A stretch of DNA of 64,000 nt. Origin: Dehalococcoides mccartyi (GTDB lineage: Bacteria; Chloroflexota; Dehalococcoidia; UBA2979). This document shows positions 1 to 9,047 of this stretch, in pieces; the stretch's first letter is position 1, and each line of letters starts with the position of its first letter. The notes beneath the pieces were generated by a model. The model did no database searches. It was not told where the DNA came from and saw nothing but the letters and a program-made list of their open reading frames with translations. The stretch covers positions 12,421 to 76,420 of the forward strand of contig CAMBFG010000002.1 of the NCBI GenBank assembly GCA_945865925.1. Direction: 5' to 3'. The position numbers and the translations under genes were made by a program.

Positions 1-906
1 CTGCACGACCACGTCGACCGACGCCACGAGCGCCTCGAACCGCGCGCGGTCCGAAGACGTCCGCAGGTCGAGGTGGACGAAGCGCTTTCCAAACCCCGTG
101 TCGATGACCAGCAGCGCCATCTCCGGGAGGTGCGCCGCTCCCATCCGGATCACGTCCGCGCGGTGCGCCGCTCCCATCCGGATCACGTCCGCGCCGTACG
201 CCGCCAGCGTGCGCCCCGCGACTGGCCCGGCCACCACACGCGACATGTCCAGCACGCGGACCCCGCTCAGCGGCATCGAGGCGTCAGCAGCAAACGCACG
301 CGACGGCGCCTTCCCGATGACCTCGATGTCGATGGGCGTCAGCGAGGCCAGCGCGCGTGCCTGCGGATGCGCCCGCCACTCTTCCGGTGTCCGTGCGAGG
401 TAGCCGCAGCCGCCGGCCTCGGCGAGCGCGTCCTCGAACGCCTGGCTGTTCCACGCGAGCATCGCGCGCTCGGCGTCGGCGCGGTCGGTCGTCTTCGCGG
501 CGTCCAGACCCAGGGTGCGGAGCGCGCGTTCGCGGTGGTGCGGGAAGTTGGTGTGCAACTGCACCCAGCGGTCATCCGCGGTCCGGTAGTAACCCGAGAA
601 CGGATCCCAGAGGTCCTCGGCCATCGCGCCCTCGACGCGTAAGTAGCGCTCGCTCCGGAACGCGGCCGCTGCGTGACGCATCGAGACCGTCGCGCGCTGC
701 CATCGGCCTGTGCGCTCGTGCCACACACGGGCGGCCGCCAGCGCCGCACCCGCAACGCTCGCCGCCGCCAGCGTCCCCACGCGGAACGGCGAGGGGTACA
801 CCGGGTCAGTGCCCTCGATAGTCACATGGTCGAGGTCGCCTGGGTCGCCGCCGGCGGCGCCCCACACGCTGCGGAGGGCATCGAGCGGGGTCGGTTCGTC
901 AGCCAT
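1..906 (-). CDS. CaiB/BaiF family (class III) CoA transferase, 3' end runs off window
   Basis: Translated by hand (absent from the ORF track because there is no stop in the window): MADEPTPLDALRSVW...YPSPFRVG...GYYRTADDRWVQLHTNFPHH...LAAYGADVIR...DTGFGKRFVHLDLR. GGAGG RBS upstream. Confidence 0.85.
   Translation of the reverse strand, partial: MADEPTPLDALRSVWGAAGGDPGDLDHVTIEGTDPVYPSPFRVGTLAAASVAGAALAAARVWHERTGRWQRATVSMRHAAAAFRSERYLRVEGAMAEDLWDPFSGYYRTADDRWVQLHTNFPHHRERALRTLGLDAAKTTDRADAERAMLAWNSQAFEDALAEAGGCGYLARTPEEWRAHPQARALASLTPIDIEVIGKAPSRAFAADASMPLSGVRVLDMSRVVAGPVAGRTLAAYGADVIRMGAAHRADVIRMGAAHLPEMALLVIDTGFGKRFVHLDLRTSSDRARFEALVASVDVVVQ
129..194. repeat. Perfect 33-bp tandem duplication (2 copies) inside the CoA transferase
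   Basis: ggtgcgccgctcccatccggatcacgtccgcgc at 129-161 and 162-194. Confidence 0.95.
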
Positions 907-999
907 CGAATGCCTCCGAGGTCGAGCATAGGAGGCGCATGCGAACGATGACAGGCGATACGCTCCACACACAGACTGCGCCCACGGATAGGGGATGCG

Positions 1000-1740
1000 T
1001 TGTTCCCGCTCAAGGACCACAACCCAACTCGCACCCGGCCCGTGGTGACGCTCGCGCTGATCGCCGTGAACCTCGCGGTGTTCTTCCTCTGGCAGCCCTC
1101 CGCGTTCTGGATCCCCGATCCGGAGACCGCCGCCAACGAACAGGGCGAGTTCCTCTACGCCAACGCCGCCGTGCCCTGCGAGATCGTCCAGGGCCGCCCC
1201 CTCGATGTCATCGAGGTGTCAACGAACGTCTGCCTCGAGGATCCTGGGGAACCGATCTTCCCCGAGAAGCACGTCTACCTCCCGCTGCTCGTGAGCCTCT
1301 TCCTGCACGGCGGGCTCTTCCATATCGGCGGGAACATGTGGTTCCTGTGGCTCTTCGGGAACAACATCGAGGAGGTGTTCGGGAGGCTGCGCTACCTCGC
1401 GTTCTACCTGGTGAGTGGGGTCTTCGCGACGCTCGGGTTCGTCGCACTACAGGCGGATCAGGCAGTGCCACTAGTAGGGGCATCCGGCGCGATCGCGGGG
1501 GTGCTGGGCGCGTACCTCGCGCTGTTCCCCACGCGACGCATCCTCGGCCTCGTAGGCATCTGGCCGATCCCCGTGCCCGCCGCGCTCTTCCTCGGCCTGT
1601 GGTTCTTCGGCCAGTTCGCGACGAGCGACGAGAGCATCGCCTGGCAAGCGCACGCCGCCGGTTTCGCCTTCGGCTTCGTCGTCGCGTTCGCGCTGCGCGC
1701 CCCGCTGCTCCGGCGTTTGCGCCGCCTCCACGCGTACTAG
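1000..1740 (+). CDS. Rhomboid family intramembrane serine protease
   Basis: Multi-TM protein with HGGLFHIGGNM, catalytic GASG and AWQAHAAG motifs. Confidence 0.9.
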   Translation: MFPLKDHNPTRTRPVVTLALIAVNLAVFFLWQPSAFWIPDPETAANEQGEFLYANAAVPCEIVQGRPLDVIEVSTNVCLEDPGEPIFPEKHVYLPLLVSLFLHGGLFHIGGNMWFLWLFGNNIEEVFGRLRYLAFYLVSGVFATLGFVALQADQAVPLVGASGAIAGVLGAYLALFPTRRILGLVGIWPIPVPAALFLGLWFFGQFATSDESIAWQAHAAGFAFGFVVAFALRAPLLRRLRRLHAY

Positions 1741-1753
1741 CGAGGCGTCACCA

Positions 1754-2548
1754 TCAGGCTGCCGCGAAGCCCCAGCGCTCTCGCACCCACGCCTCGGCGC
1801 GGCCGAACAGCAGGCGGTCGACGGCGACCCCGACCGCGATGATCACCAGCATGATCGCGAACACCATGTTGATGTTGTTCAGGTTGCGGCCGACGTCGAG
1901 CAGGTGGCCGAGGCCGACCGAGACGAAGAGCAGCTCCCCAGCCATCAACGAACGCCACGCGAACGACCAGCCCTGCTTCATCCCCTGGACCATCGAGGGC
2001 ACCATCGCGGGCAGGACGACGTATCGGTACAACTGCCAGCGCGTCGCGCCCAGCGTGCCGGCCGCTCGCGTGAGCAGCGGCGGCAAGCCTCGCATCCCGG
2101 CGCGCGCGGAGATGGCGATCGAGAAGGTGGAGCCCATGAGCACCACGAAGATGATCGCAGTCTCGCTCAGGCCGAACCACAGCACGGCCAGCGGCAGCCA
2201 CGTGATGCTCGGCAGCGATTGCAACCCGAGGACCACGCCGCCAATCGTCTCGTTCGCGAACTTCGAGGCCGCCGTGAGCAGCCCCAGCGCCATGCCGAGG
2301 ACGAACGAGATCACGTAGCCCACGACCAGGCGCTGCATGCTCGCCTGCAAGCCGTCGAGGATCAGCCCGTTCGCGAAGTTCGTCCGCAGCGAGGCAAACA
2401 CCTTCTCCGGGGACGGGAAGAGGAATGGCGACCACACCTCGACACGACCGAGGAGACTCCACAGAGCAATGACGGCGACATAGAACCCGACGATCCGCAG
2501 GAGTTTCAGCCCCGTCTCGCGCGAAGGGATGAGACGGCTAGATCGCAT
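1754..2548 (-). CDS. ssuC: NitT/TauT (SsuC-like) ABC transporter permease
   Basis: LQSLPSITWLP, EAA-like AAGTLGA, AWRSLMAGELL; operon with ATPase and binding protein. Confidence 0.85.
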   Translation of the reverse strand: MRSSRLIPSRETGLKLLRIVGFYVAVIALWSLLGRVEVWSPFLFPSPEKVFASLRTNFANGLILDGLQASMQRLVVGYVISFVLGMALGLLTAASKFANETIGGVVLGLQSLPSITWLPLAVLWFGLSETAIIFVVLMGSTFSIAISARAGMRGLPPLLTRAAGTLGATRWQLYRYVVLPAMVPSMVQGMKQGWSFAWRSLMAGELLFVSVGLGHLLDVGRNLNNINMVFAIMLVIIAVGVAVDRLLFGRAEAWVRERWGFAAA

Positions 2549-3377
2549 AGCGCGGCTCCGGCTCGGCGCCCACGTTCTGAAGTTCGTAGCGGACCGCAGC
2601 CGCCAGGTCGGCCACGGCGTGGTCGTCGGGCGTCCTCGGGCGTTCGAGCGGGATATCGATGATCTTCTTGATCCGGCCGGGGCTCGGCGACATCACCACC
2701 ACTCGGTCACCGAGGATGACGGCCTCGCGCACGTTGTGAGTGACGAAGAGGACGGTCGTGCCAATCCGTGCCCACACGGACTGCAGTTCCAGCTGCAGGT
2801 CGTCGCGTGTCTGGGCGTCGAGGGCCGCGAACGGTTCATCCATGAGCAGCACGTGCGGCTCGACGGCCAGACCCCGCGCGAGCTGGGCGCGCTGCTTCAT
2901 CCCGCCAGACAGCTCGTGGATGTACGCGCGGTCGAAGCGACTGAGGTTCACGAGGGCCAATTGCCGGTCGACGATCTCCCGACGCTGCTCCTTCGGAACG
3001 CCTCGCAGCTTCAGGCCGAACTCCACGTTGTCCCGGACATTCAGCCACGGGAAGAGCGCAGGCTCCTGGAAGACGACGGCGCGCTGCTGCGCCATCCCGC
3101 GGATCGGAGCTCCCTCGAACACGGCCTCGCCCTGGTAGTCCGTGTCGATGCCGGCCGCGATGTTGAGCAGCGTCGACTTCCCGCAGCCCGAGGGACCCAC
3201 GATGCAGATGAACTCGCGCGGCCTCACCTTGAGCGTCACGTCGTCGAGTGCGAGGGTGTCCTGGCGCGACGTGCGGAAGTGCTTGCTGATGTGGCGAAGC
3301 GCCAGCAACGGCTCGGGGTCAGAGGCCGCTGAGGCCCTTCCGCCACCCTGCCGTCCGGTGTCTGCGATCAACGCCAT
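2538..3377 (-). CDS. ssuB: NitT/TauT (SsuB-like) ABC transporter ATP-binding protein
   Basis: GPSGCGKST, LSGGMKQR, LLMDEPF, VTHN; start chosen at ATG 3377. Confidence 0.88.
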   Translation of the reverse strand: MALIADTGRQGGGRASAASDPEPLLALRHISKHFRTSRQDTLALDDVTLKVRPREFICIVGPSGCGKSTLLNIAAGIDTDYQGEAVFEGAPIRGMAQQRAVVFQEPALFPWLNVRDNVEFGLKLRGVPKEQRREIVDRQLALVNLSRFDRAYIHELSGGMKQRAQLARGLAVEPHVLLMDEPFAALDAQTRDDLQLELQSVWARIGTTVLFVTHNVREAVILGDRVVVMSPSPGRIKKIIDIPLERPRTPDDHAVADLAAAVRYELQNVGAEPEPRYAI

Positions 3378-3394
3378 TGCCACCCTCGCTTCAA

Positions 3395-3432
3395 CCCTCG
3401 GCCGGCGCCCTCGAAGGGACGCCGGCCGGGGG
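3395..3432. other. GC-rich intergenic stem-loop between binding-protein and ATPase genes
   Basis: ccctcggccggcg (3395-3407) pairs with cgccggccggggg (3420-3432); typical position for an element stabilising binding-protein mRNA. Confidence 0.55.
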
Positions 3433-3439
3433 CAGTCCA

Positions 3440-4519
3440 CTACTTGCTGACTTCCTTGAGGCCCAGTTCCTTCAGCACCTTGTTCAGCAGGTCGAGCGCG
3501 TAGATGTTCGCCAGGTCCGGCTTCTTCTCGCCGAGATACCCGAGCGCGAACGCGTCGTCCGCTGACTTGCGCAGGCTGGAGGCAATGGGGTCATAGGTCG
3601 TCTTCTGGTTTCGCCACGCGCCGTTGATCACTGCCTCGGGCAGTGGGGCGCTCGTGACCTGCTTGATGCCAGCGTTCACGACCTGCTTCGCCTGGTCGGG
3701 GTTCTCGTTGATCCACTGCGTCGTCTTCACGTGCGCACGGAGCAGTTTCTCGACGGTCGCGGGATGCTCCGCCAGGAATTTGGCACTCACGATGAGGTGC
3801 GTCGTGACGAAGTCGCCGTTCGGCCACAGGTCGCGCTCGTCCAGGAAGACTTTGCCGTTGCCCTCGAGGATGAGGCGCGTCGCCCACGGCTCCGGAGCCC
3901 AGGCTGCCTGCAACTCGCCCTTGATGAACAACGCGAGGGCGTCCGCGTTCGCGATCGGACGGACATCGACGTTCCCGCCGTGGTCCTTGTCCTTCAGGCC
4001 ATTCTTCTGCAGCCACGCGCGCGCGGCGACATCCTGCGTGTTCCCCAGCTGCGGCGTCGCGATCCGCTTGCCCGCGAAGTCCGAGGGCTTCGTGATGCCG
4101 GAGTCGGCCTTCACGATCAGCAGCGCACCGGCGCTCGTGGCCCCGGCGATGATGCGGACGTCCTTGCCACCTGACTGCACGTAGCCGGTGATCGCCGGGT
4201 TCGGGCCGATGTACGAGGCGTCGATCGCGCCCGCAAACATCGCCTCGATCACGGACGGGCCCGCGTTGAAGGTCTTCGTCTCGATTTTCACGTTCGAGCC
4301 GAGTTCCTGCGCGAACGTGCCGTTCGCCAGACCGACGATCGGTTGGGCGTGCGTCACATTCGGGAAGTAGCCGAGGCGCAGCGTGACGGGCTGATCCGGG
4401 GATGCGGCCCCCTTCGGCGCGGCCTCGTCCGATCCACAGGCCACCAGGACGGCCGCGAGGACAGCGACGAGCAGCGTTCCGAGGAACGTGGGTTTGCGAA
4501 GGGAGGAAACGTGTGTCAT
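3440..4519 (-). CDS. ssuA: SsuA-like ABC substrate-binding lipoprotein
   Basis: Lipobox LVAC; LRLGYFPNVTHA, YIGPNPA, TPQLGNTQD, EPW motifs. Confidence 0.85.
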   Translation of the reverse strand: MTHVSSLRKPTFLGTLLVAVLAAVLVACGSDEAAPKGAASPDQPVTLRLGYFPNVTHAQPIVGLANGTFAQELGSNVKIETKTFNAGPSVIEAMFAGAIDASYIGPNPAITGYVQSGGKDVRIIAGATSAGALLIVKADSGITKPSDFAGKRIATPQLGNTQDVAARAWLQKNGLKDKDHGGNVDVRPIANADALALFIKGELQAAWAPEPWATRLILEGNGKVFLDERDLWPNGDFVTTHLIVSAKFLAEHPATVEKLLRAHVKTTQWINENPDQAKQVVNAGIKQVTSAPLPEAVINGAWRNQKTTYDPIASSLRKSADDAFALGYLGEKKPDLANIYALDLLNKVLKELGLKEVSK

Positions 4520-4606
4520 GGCAGGTCTCCAGTCAGAGGCATCGAAGTGGCTCGGTACGTTTCGATCGCCTCCGGGTGACCGGTCAGCCTGCGCGGGAGG
4601 GACGTG

Positions 4607-4768
4607 TTAGATCGCACGGTCGAACCGCTTCTTCTCCAGCGTGTCGATCTGCACGACACGACCGTCCTGCACGATCACCTGCACATGGCCGTGCCGCAGC
4701 GCACGGATCGACTGCAGGATCTCCGCCAGGACGGCTTGTTCTCGAACATCGGGCGTGACGTCAGGCAT
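4607..4768 (-). CDS. YezD/DUF2292-like small protein (53 aa)
   Basis: LRHGHVQVIVQDGRVVQIDTLEKKR pattern; AGGAG RBS; lies between the Rrf2 gene and the sulfur ABC genes. Confidence 0.8.
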   Translation of the reverse strand: MPDVTPDVREQAVLAEILQSIRALRHGHVQVIVQDGRVVQIDTLEKKRFDRAI

Positions 4769-4778
4769 GTCCGATCTC

Positions 4779-5243
4779 CTAGATCTGGTACGTGAGGGTC
4801 TGGGTGGCGCGTTGTTCGCTGGCACGGGCGGCGAGGTCGGCGAAGGTCGTCTGGTCGACGACATCAGCGATGGCGTCACGGACCTCGGTCCAAAACCCGC
4901 GCAACGTACAGTTCGCTGCGTCCGCACATCGCGAGGCCGGACAGGACTCGTAGGCCGTCTTACTCGCGCACGCGATCGGCGCGAGCGGCCCGTCCATGAC
5001 GCGCACGATGTCGCCGATCGTGATCTCCTCTGCCGGCTTCGCGAGGAGGTAGCCACCATGCGAGCCTCGACGGGCGGAGAGGATCCGGGCCGCACGCAGG
5101 CGCATCAGGATCTGCTCCAGGTACTTCTCCGGCACACCCGCGCGTGCGGCGAGTTCGTGCAGCGGCAACGGCACGCCGGCGGTGCACTCGGCAAGTTCGA
5201 GTACCGCTCGGATGGCGTAGTCCCCGCGAGTAGAGAGCCGCAT
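4779..5243 (-). CDS. Rrf2 family transcriptional regulator (CymR/IscR-like)
   Basis: MRLSTRGDYAIRA, YLEQIL, RGSHGGYLL; C-terminal C-x8-C-x4-C-x5-C. Confidence 0.92.
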   Translation of the reverse strand: MRLSTRGDYAIRAVLELAECTAGVPLPLHELAARAGVPEKYLEQILMRLRAARILSARRGSHGGYLLAKPAEEITIGDIVRVMDGPLAPIACASKTAYESCPASRCADAANCTLRGFWTEVRDAIADVVDQTTFADLAARASEQRATQTLTYQI

Positions 5244-5249
5244 GTCGAG

Positions 5250-5273
5250 TTCCCATATCGGTCTGGTAGGGAT
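5250..5273. promoter_or_regulatory. Possible second Rrf2 operator just upstream of the rrf2 start (autoregulation)
   Basis: Imperfect palindrome cccaTATC-ggtct-GGTAgggat with the same 5-bp spacer as the site at 5383-5406. Confidence 0.4.
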
Positions 5274-5350
5274 TCAGAGGGCCTGAGAAACGCCCTCGAG
5301 GGGCGGTTGGCAGGCATTCCGGAATCACCGGCACGGTGTAGGGGAATGGC

Positions 5351-5379
5351 TTGTCACCCCTCGACCGCAGACCTATACT
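5351..5379 (+). promoter_or_regulatory. Sigma70-type promoter of the sir-cys operon
   Basis: TTGTCA (5351-5356), 17-bp spacer, TATACT (5374-5379). Confidence 0.75.
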
Positions 5380-5382
5380 CCG

Positions 5383-5406
5383 ATACATGACCAGTTCGGT
5401 CAAGAT
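5383..5406. promoter_or_regulatory. Putative Rrf2 operator overlapping the predicted transcription start
   Basis: ATACA-TGACC-agttc-GGTCA-AGAT; perfect TGACC-N5-GGTCA palindrome resembling IscR/CymR-type sites. Confidence 0.6.
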
Positions 5407-5526
5407 ACTCGTGTTTAGGCGTCGGGAAATCTCTCCCAGACTCAGTCCCCACCGGACGAGCGTTATGAGAACCTTGCGCGACTTCAGACCGAATGCGTCC
5501 CCACGCGCCAGAGAGCGAGCACGACG

Positions 5527-7311
5527 ATGAGCACTACGAGCGACCGGCAGCAGGCCCCGCACGTCATCCCCATCATCGAAAAAGAGTTCACCGACTTCGA
5601 CACCGAAGCGAAGGACTTTCTTGCCGGCAATCAGGAAGAGAAGAAGTTCATCGGCTTCCGCCTGAAGCAGGGCGTCTACGGCCAGCGCCAAGCGGCCCGC
5701 CAGATGGTGCGCGTGAAACTGCCCTTCGGCGGCGTCACCCCGCAGCAACTCGAGGGCTTCGCGCAGGTCGCGGAGCGCTTCGCCCCGCTCGGCAAGGGCC
5801 ACATCACCACCCGCCAGAACGTGCAGTTCCACCACTTCCGTCTCGCCGAGGCGTACGACCTCCTGAAGGTCCTCGGCGACCACGGTCTCTCCTCGCGTGA
5901 GGCGTGCGGCAACGTCGTGCGCAACGTCACCGGCGACCCGTGGGCGGGCACCCGTGACGACGAGCCGTTCGACATCACGCCGTACGCGGGCGCCTTCGTG
6001 CGTTACTGGGTACGCAACCCCATCTCGCAGCTGCTCCCCCGCAAGTTCAAGGTCACGTTCTCCGGCTCCGAGGTGGACGCCGCGATGACCGCGATCCACG
6101 ACATCGGCTTCATCCCCCGCGTCCGCACCGAGGGCGGCAAGGAAGTCCGCGGCTTCAAGATGGTCGTCGGTGGTGGCCTCTCCACCATGGCGAAGGAAGC
6201 CCTCCTGCTCTCCGAGTTCGTCCCGGTCGAGAAGTTCCTGACCTACTCGGAAGCGGTCATCCGCATCTTCGAGGACGCCAGCGAGCTCCGGAAGGACATC
6301 CACAAGGCCCGCCTGAAGTTCCTCGTCCAGCGCGTGGGTGCCGAGGCGTTCCAGAAGATGGTCGCCGAGCGCCTCGCCCAGGACTGGGCGCAGCAGATCC
6401 CGCCGCTCGAAGCCCTCATGTACAACGACGACGAGCAGGCGCTCGCGCCCGCCCCTTCCACGCTGGAGGCGAACAGCGTGCCGGCGGGTGACCGCGCCGC
6501 CTTCCAGAAGTGGGTGGACGAGAACGTCCGCACCCAGAAGCAGGCCGGCTACTACGCCGTCGAGGCGAAGGTGCCGCAGGGCGACCTGAACCCGGCGCAG
6601 TTCCGCGGCCTCGCTAAGGTCCTCACCGACTTCGGTGGTGGGCGTGCGCGGATGACGCAGGACCAGAACATCGTCCTGCGCTGGATCCCCGGCGCGAACC
6701 TCTACGGTGTCTGGCAGGCACTCCAACCGCTCGGCCTCGGTGGCTCCGGCGTCCAGACCATCGAGGACGTCGTGTCCTGCCCGGGCACGGACTCCTGCAA
6801 GCTGGGCATCACCTCCTCGATGGGCCTCAACCGCGCCATCACGGAGCAGCTGCAGACGATGAACGTCACCGACTCGCTGTCGCGCAAGGTGCTGATCAAC
6901 ATCTCCGGCTGCCCGAACTCCTGCGGCCAGCACCACCTGGGCAACATCGGCTTCCACGGTGCAGCCATGAAGAACGACGACCGGCAAGTGCCGGCCTACA
7001 ACGTCTTCCTCGGCGGCATGCGTCGCGAGGGCGAGACGCTCCGCATCGGCTCCGTCGCGCGCCTCCGCATCCCAGCGAAGCGTGTCCCGGTCGCCGTCGA
7101 GCGGTTCATCGGCGTGTACGAGTCCGGCCGTGAGGCGGGCGAGGAGTTCAACGCGTACGTCGACCGTGTCGGCGTGAAGCCGTTCGAGGCTGCCGTCCAG
7201 GACCTCTCGATCACGCCGAAGTTCGCCACCGACAACTTCCAGGAGTTCATCGACTGGGAGCGCGAAGGTTTGTACGTCCTTGAGCGCGGCGAGGGTGAGT
7301 GCGCCGTTTAG
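5527..7311 (+). CDS. sir: Siroheme/4Fe-4S ferredoxin-dependent sulfite reductase
   Basis: TTRQNVQ, LPRKFK, CPGTDSC and SGCPNSCGQH; first gene of the cysHDN operon. Confidence 0.85.
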   Translation: MSTTSDRQQAPHVIPIIEKEFTDFDTEAKDFLAGNQEEKKFIGFRLKQGVYGQRQAARQMVRVKLPFGGVTPQQLEGFAQVAERFAPLGKGHITTRQNVQFHHFRLAEAYDLLKVLGDHGLSSREACGNVVRNVTGDPWAGTRDDEPFDITPYAGAFVRYWVRNPISQLLPRKFKVTFSGSEVDAAMTAIHDIGFIPRVRTEGGKEVRGFKMVVGGGLSTMAKEALLLSEFVPVEKFLTYSEAVIRIFEDASELRKDIHKARLKFLVQRVGAEAFQKMVAERLAQDWAQQIPPLEALMYNDDEQALAPAPSTLEANSVPAGDRAAFQKWVDENVRTQKQAGYYAVEAKVPQGDLNPAQFRGLAKVLTDFGGGRARMTQDQNIVLRWIPGANLYGVWQALQPLGLGGSGVQTIEDVVSCPGTDSCKLGITSSMGLNRAITEQLQTMNVTDSLSRKVLINISGCPNSCGQHHLGNIGFHGAAMKNDDRQVPAYNVFLGGMRREGETLRIGSVARLRIPAKRVPVAVERFIGVYESGREAGEEFNAYVDRVGVKPFEAAVQDLSITPKFATDNFQEFIDWEREGLYVLERGEGECAV

Positions 7312-7396
7312 CGTCGCGCGCCTGACCGCAGGGTGCGGGGCGGGCGACGGCCCGCCCGCTCCATTCACCGGGGAGAGCCCCGGAAGGGAACCACCG

Positions 7397-8113
7397 ATGA
7401 CCACCACACCAGCCACCGACGAACTCGCCGCCATCGAGGCCGCCGAGGCCCGACTGCACAACGCGAAGCCCGAGGACATCCTCGAGTGGGTGTTCAAGCG
7501 TTACGGGACGGGCGTCACGCTCGCCTCCGCATTCGGCAACACGGCGGACGCGGTGCTGATGGACATGGTGGCAAAGGTCGCCCCCGGCACCCCGGTGTTC
7601 TACCTGGACACGGACTTCCTGTTCCCGGAGACCCACGACTTCATCTCGAAGTCGCGCGAGAAGTACGGCGACAAGATCAACCTCCAGATGTTCAAGACGG
7701 ACCTGACACCCGAGGCGCAGGCGATCAAGTTCGGGGAGCGGCTCTGGGAAGAGCACCCGGACCAATGCTGCGACATCCGCAAGGTCGAGCCGATCCACCA
7801 GGCGCTGGACGGCAAGCGCGCCTGGATCACCGGCATCCGACGTGACCAGTCAGAGACGCGTGCGAACGCGCCGGCAGTGACGTGGGACGGCAAATTCGGC
7901 CTCGCGAAGGCGAACCCGCTCGTGACCTGGGACGAGAAGACCTCCTGGGCTTACATCTTCGCGAACGACGTGCCGTACAACATCCTGCACGACCGCAACT
8001 ACCCGACGGTGGGCTGCACCAACTGCACCCGTGCCGTGATGCCGGGCGAGGATCAGCGGGCTGGCCGCTGGGCTGGCTCGGACAAGGTCGAGTGCGGCCT
8101 GCACCTCGACTAG
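7397..8113 (+). CDS. cysH: APS reductase (4Fe-4S type CysH)
   Basis: LDTDFLFPET, QCCDIRK, VGCTNC, C-terminal ECGLH; start at ATG 7397. Confidence 0.92.
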   Translation: MTTTPATDELAAIEAAEARLHNAKPEDILEWVFKRYGTGVTLASAFGNTADAVLMDMVAKVAPGTPVFYLDTDFLFPETHDFISKSREKYGDKINLQMFKTDLTPEAQAIKFGERLWEEHPDQCCDIRKVEPIHQALDGKRAWITGIRRDQSETRANAPAVTWDGKFGLAKANPLVTWDEKTSWAYIFANDVPYNILHDRNYPTVGCTNCTRAVMPGEDQRAGRWAGSDKVECGLHLD

Positions 8114-8132
8114 ACGACCCGGAGCACGACGG

Positions 8133-9047
8133 ATGAGCAGCACGGCCACGCGGCTGACGCACCTTCAGGCCCTTGAGGCCGAGTCGATCTTCATCATCCG
8201 CGAGGTCGCGGCGGAGTTTGAGCGCCCGGGAATGTTGTTCTCCGGGGGCAAGGACTCCATCGTCATGCTTCGCCTCGCGGAGAAGGCCTTCGCGCCCGCG
8301 CGCGTCCCCTTCCCCGTCGTCCACATCGACACCGGCCACAACTTCGAGGAGGTCATGGAGTACCGCGACCGCCGCGTCGCCGACCTCGGCGTCCGCCTGA
8401 TCGTCGGCTCCGTGCAGGAGAAGATCGACCGCGGCGAACTCGTGGAGGAGACCGGGCCGAGGGCCTCGCGCAACCGTCTCCAGACGCCCGTGCTGCTCGA
8501 GACGCTTGCGAAGCATGAGTTCGACGCCGTCTTCGGTGGCGGACGACGTGACGAGGAGAAGGCGCGCGCCAAGGAGCGCGTGTACTCCTTCCGGGACGAC
8601 TTCGGCCAATGGGACCCAAAGAACCAGCGCCCTGAACTGTGGAACCTCTACAACGGCCGCCACCGCAAGGGCGAGCACATCCGCATCTTCCCGCTCTCCA
8701 ACTGGACCGAGATGGACATCTGGCAGTACATCGCCGAAGACCGCATCGAGGTGCCCTCGATCTACTACGCGCACCAGCGCGAGGTGTTCGCCCGCGACGG
8801 CATGCTGATGGCGACGAGCCCGCTGATCCAGATGCTGCCCGGTGAGTCGCCATTCATGGAGACCGTGCGCTACCGCACCGTGGGTGACCTCACCTGTACC
8901 GCGGCCGTCCAGAGCACCGCCGCCACCGTCGACGACGTGATCGCGGAGACGGCGGCCACCCGCATCACCGAGCGCGGGGCGACGAGGGCGGACGACCGCT
9001 TCTCGGAAGCCGCGATGGAAGACCGCAAGCGCGAGGGCTACTTCTAG
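8133..9047 (+). CDS. cysD: Sulfate adenylyltransferase subunit 2
   Basis: FSGGKDS PP-loop, GGGRRDEEKARAKER, QRPELW, KREGYF. Confidence 0.97.
   Translation: MSSTATRLTHLQALEAESIFIIREVAAEFERPGMLFSGGKDSIVMLRLAEKAFAPARVPFPVVHIDTGHNFEEVMEYRDRRVADLGVRLIVGSVQEKIDRGELVEETGPRASRNRLQTPVLLETLAKHEFDAVFGGGRRDEEKARAKERVYSFRDDFGQWDPKNQRPELWNLYNGRHRKGEHIRIFPLSNWTEMDIWQYIAEDRIEVPSIYYAHQREVFARDGMLMATSPLIQMLPGESPFMETVRYRTVGDLTCTAAVQSTAATVDDVIAETAATRITERGATRADDRFSEAAMEDRKREGYF

Noticed and set aside
129-194. CRISPR-like repeat
   Set aside because: Two adjacent copies without a spacer, inside a CDS, with no cas genes.
4960-7497. Long antisense ORFs (845 aa here; also 10603-12615, 30445-32817, 46937-49249, 50706-52862)
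   Set aside because: Shadow ORFs opposite well-supported genes in high-GC DNA, with no motifs.
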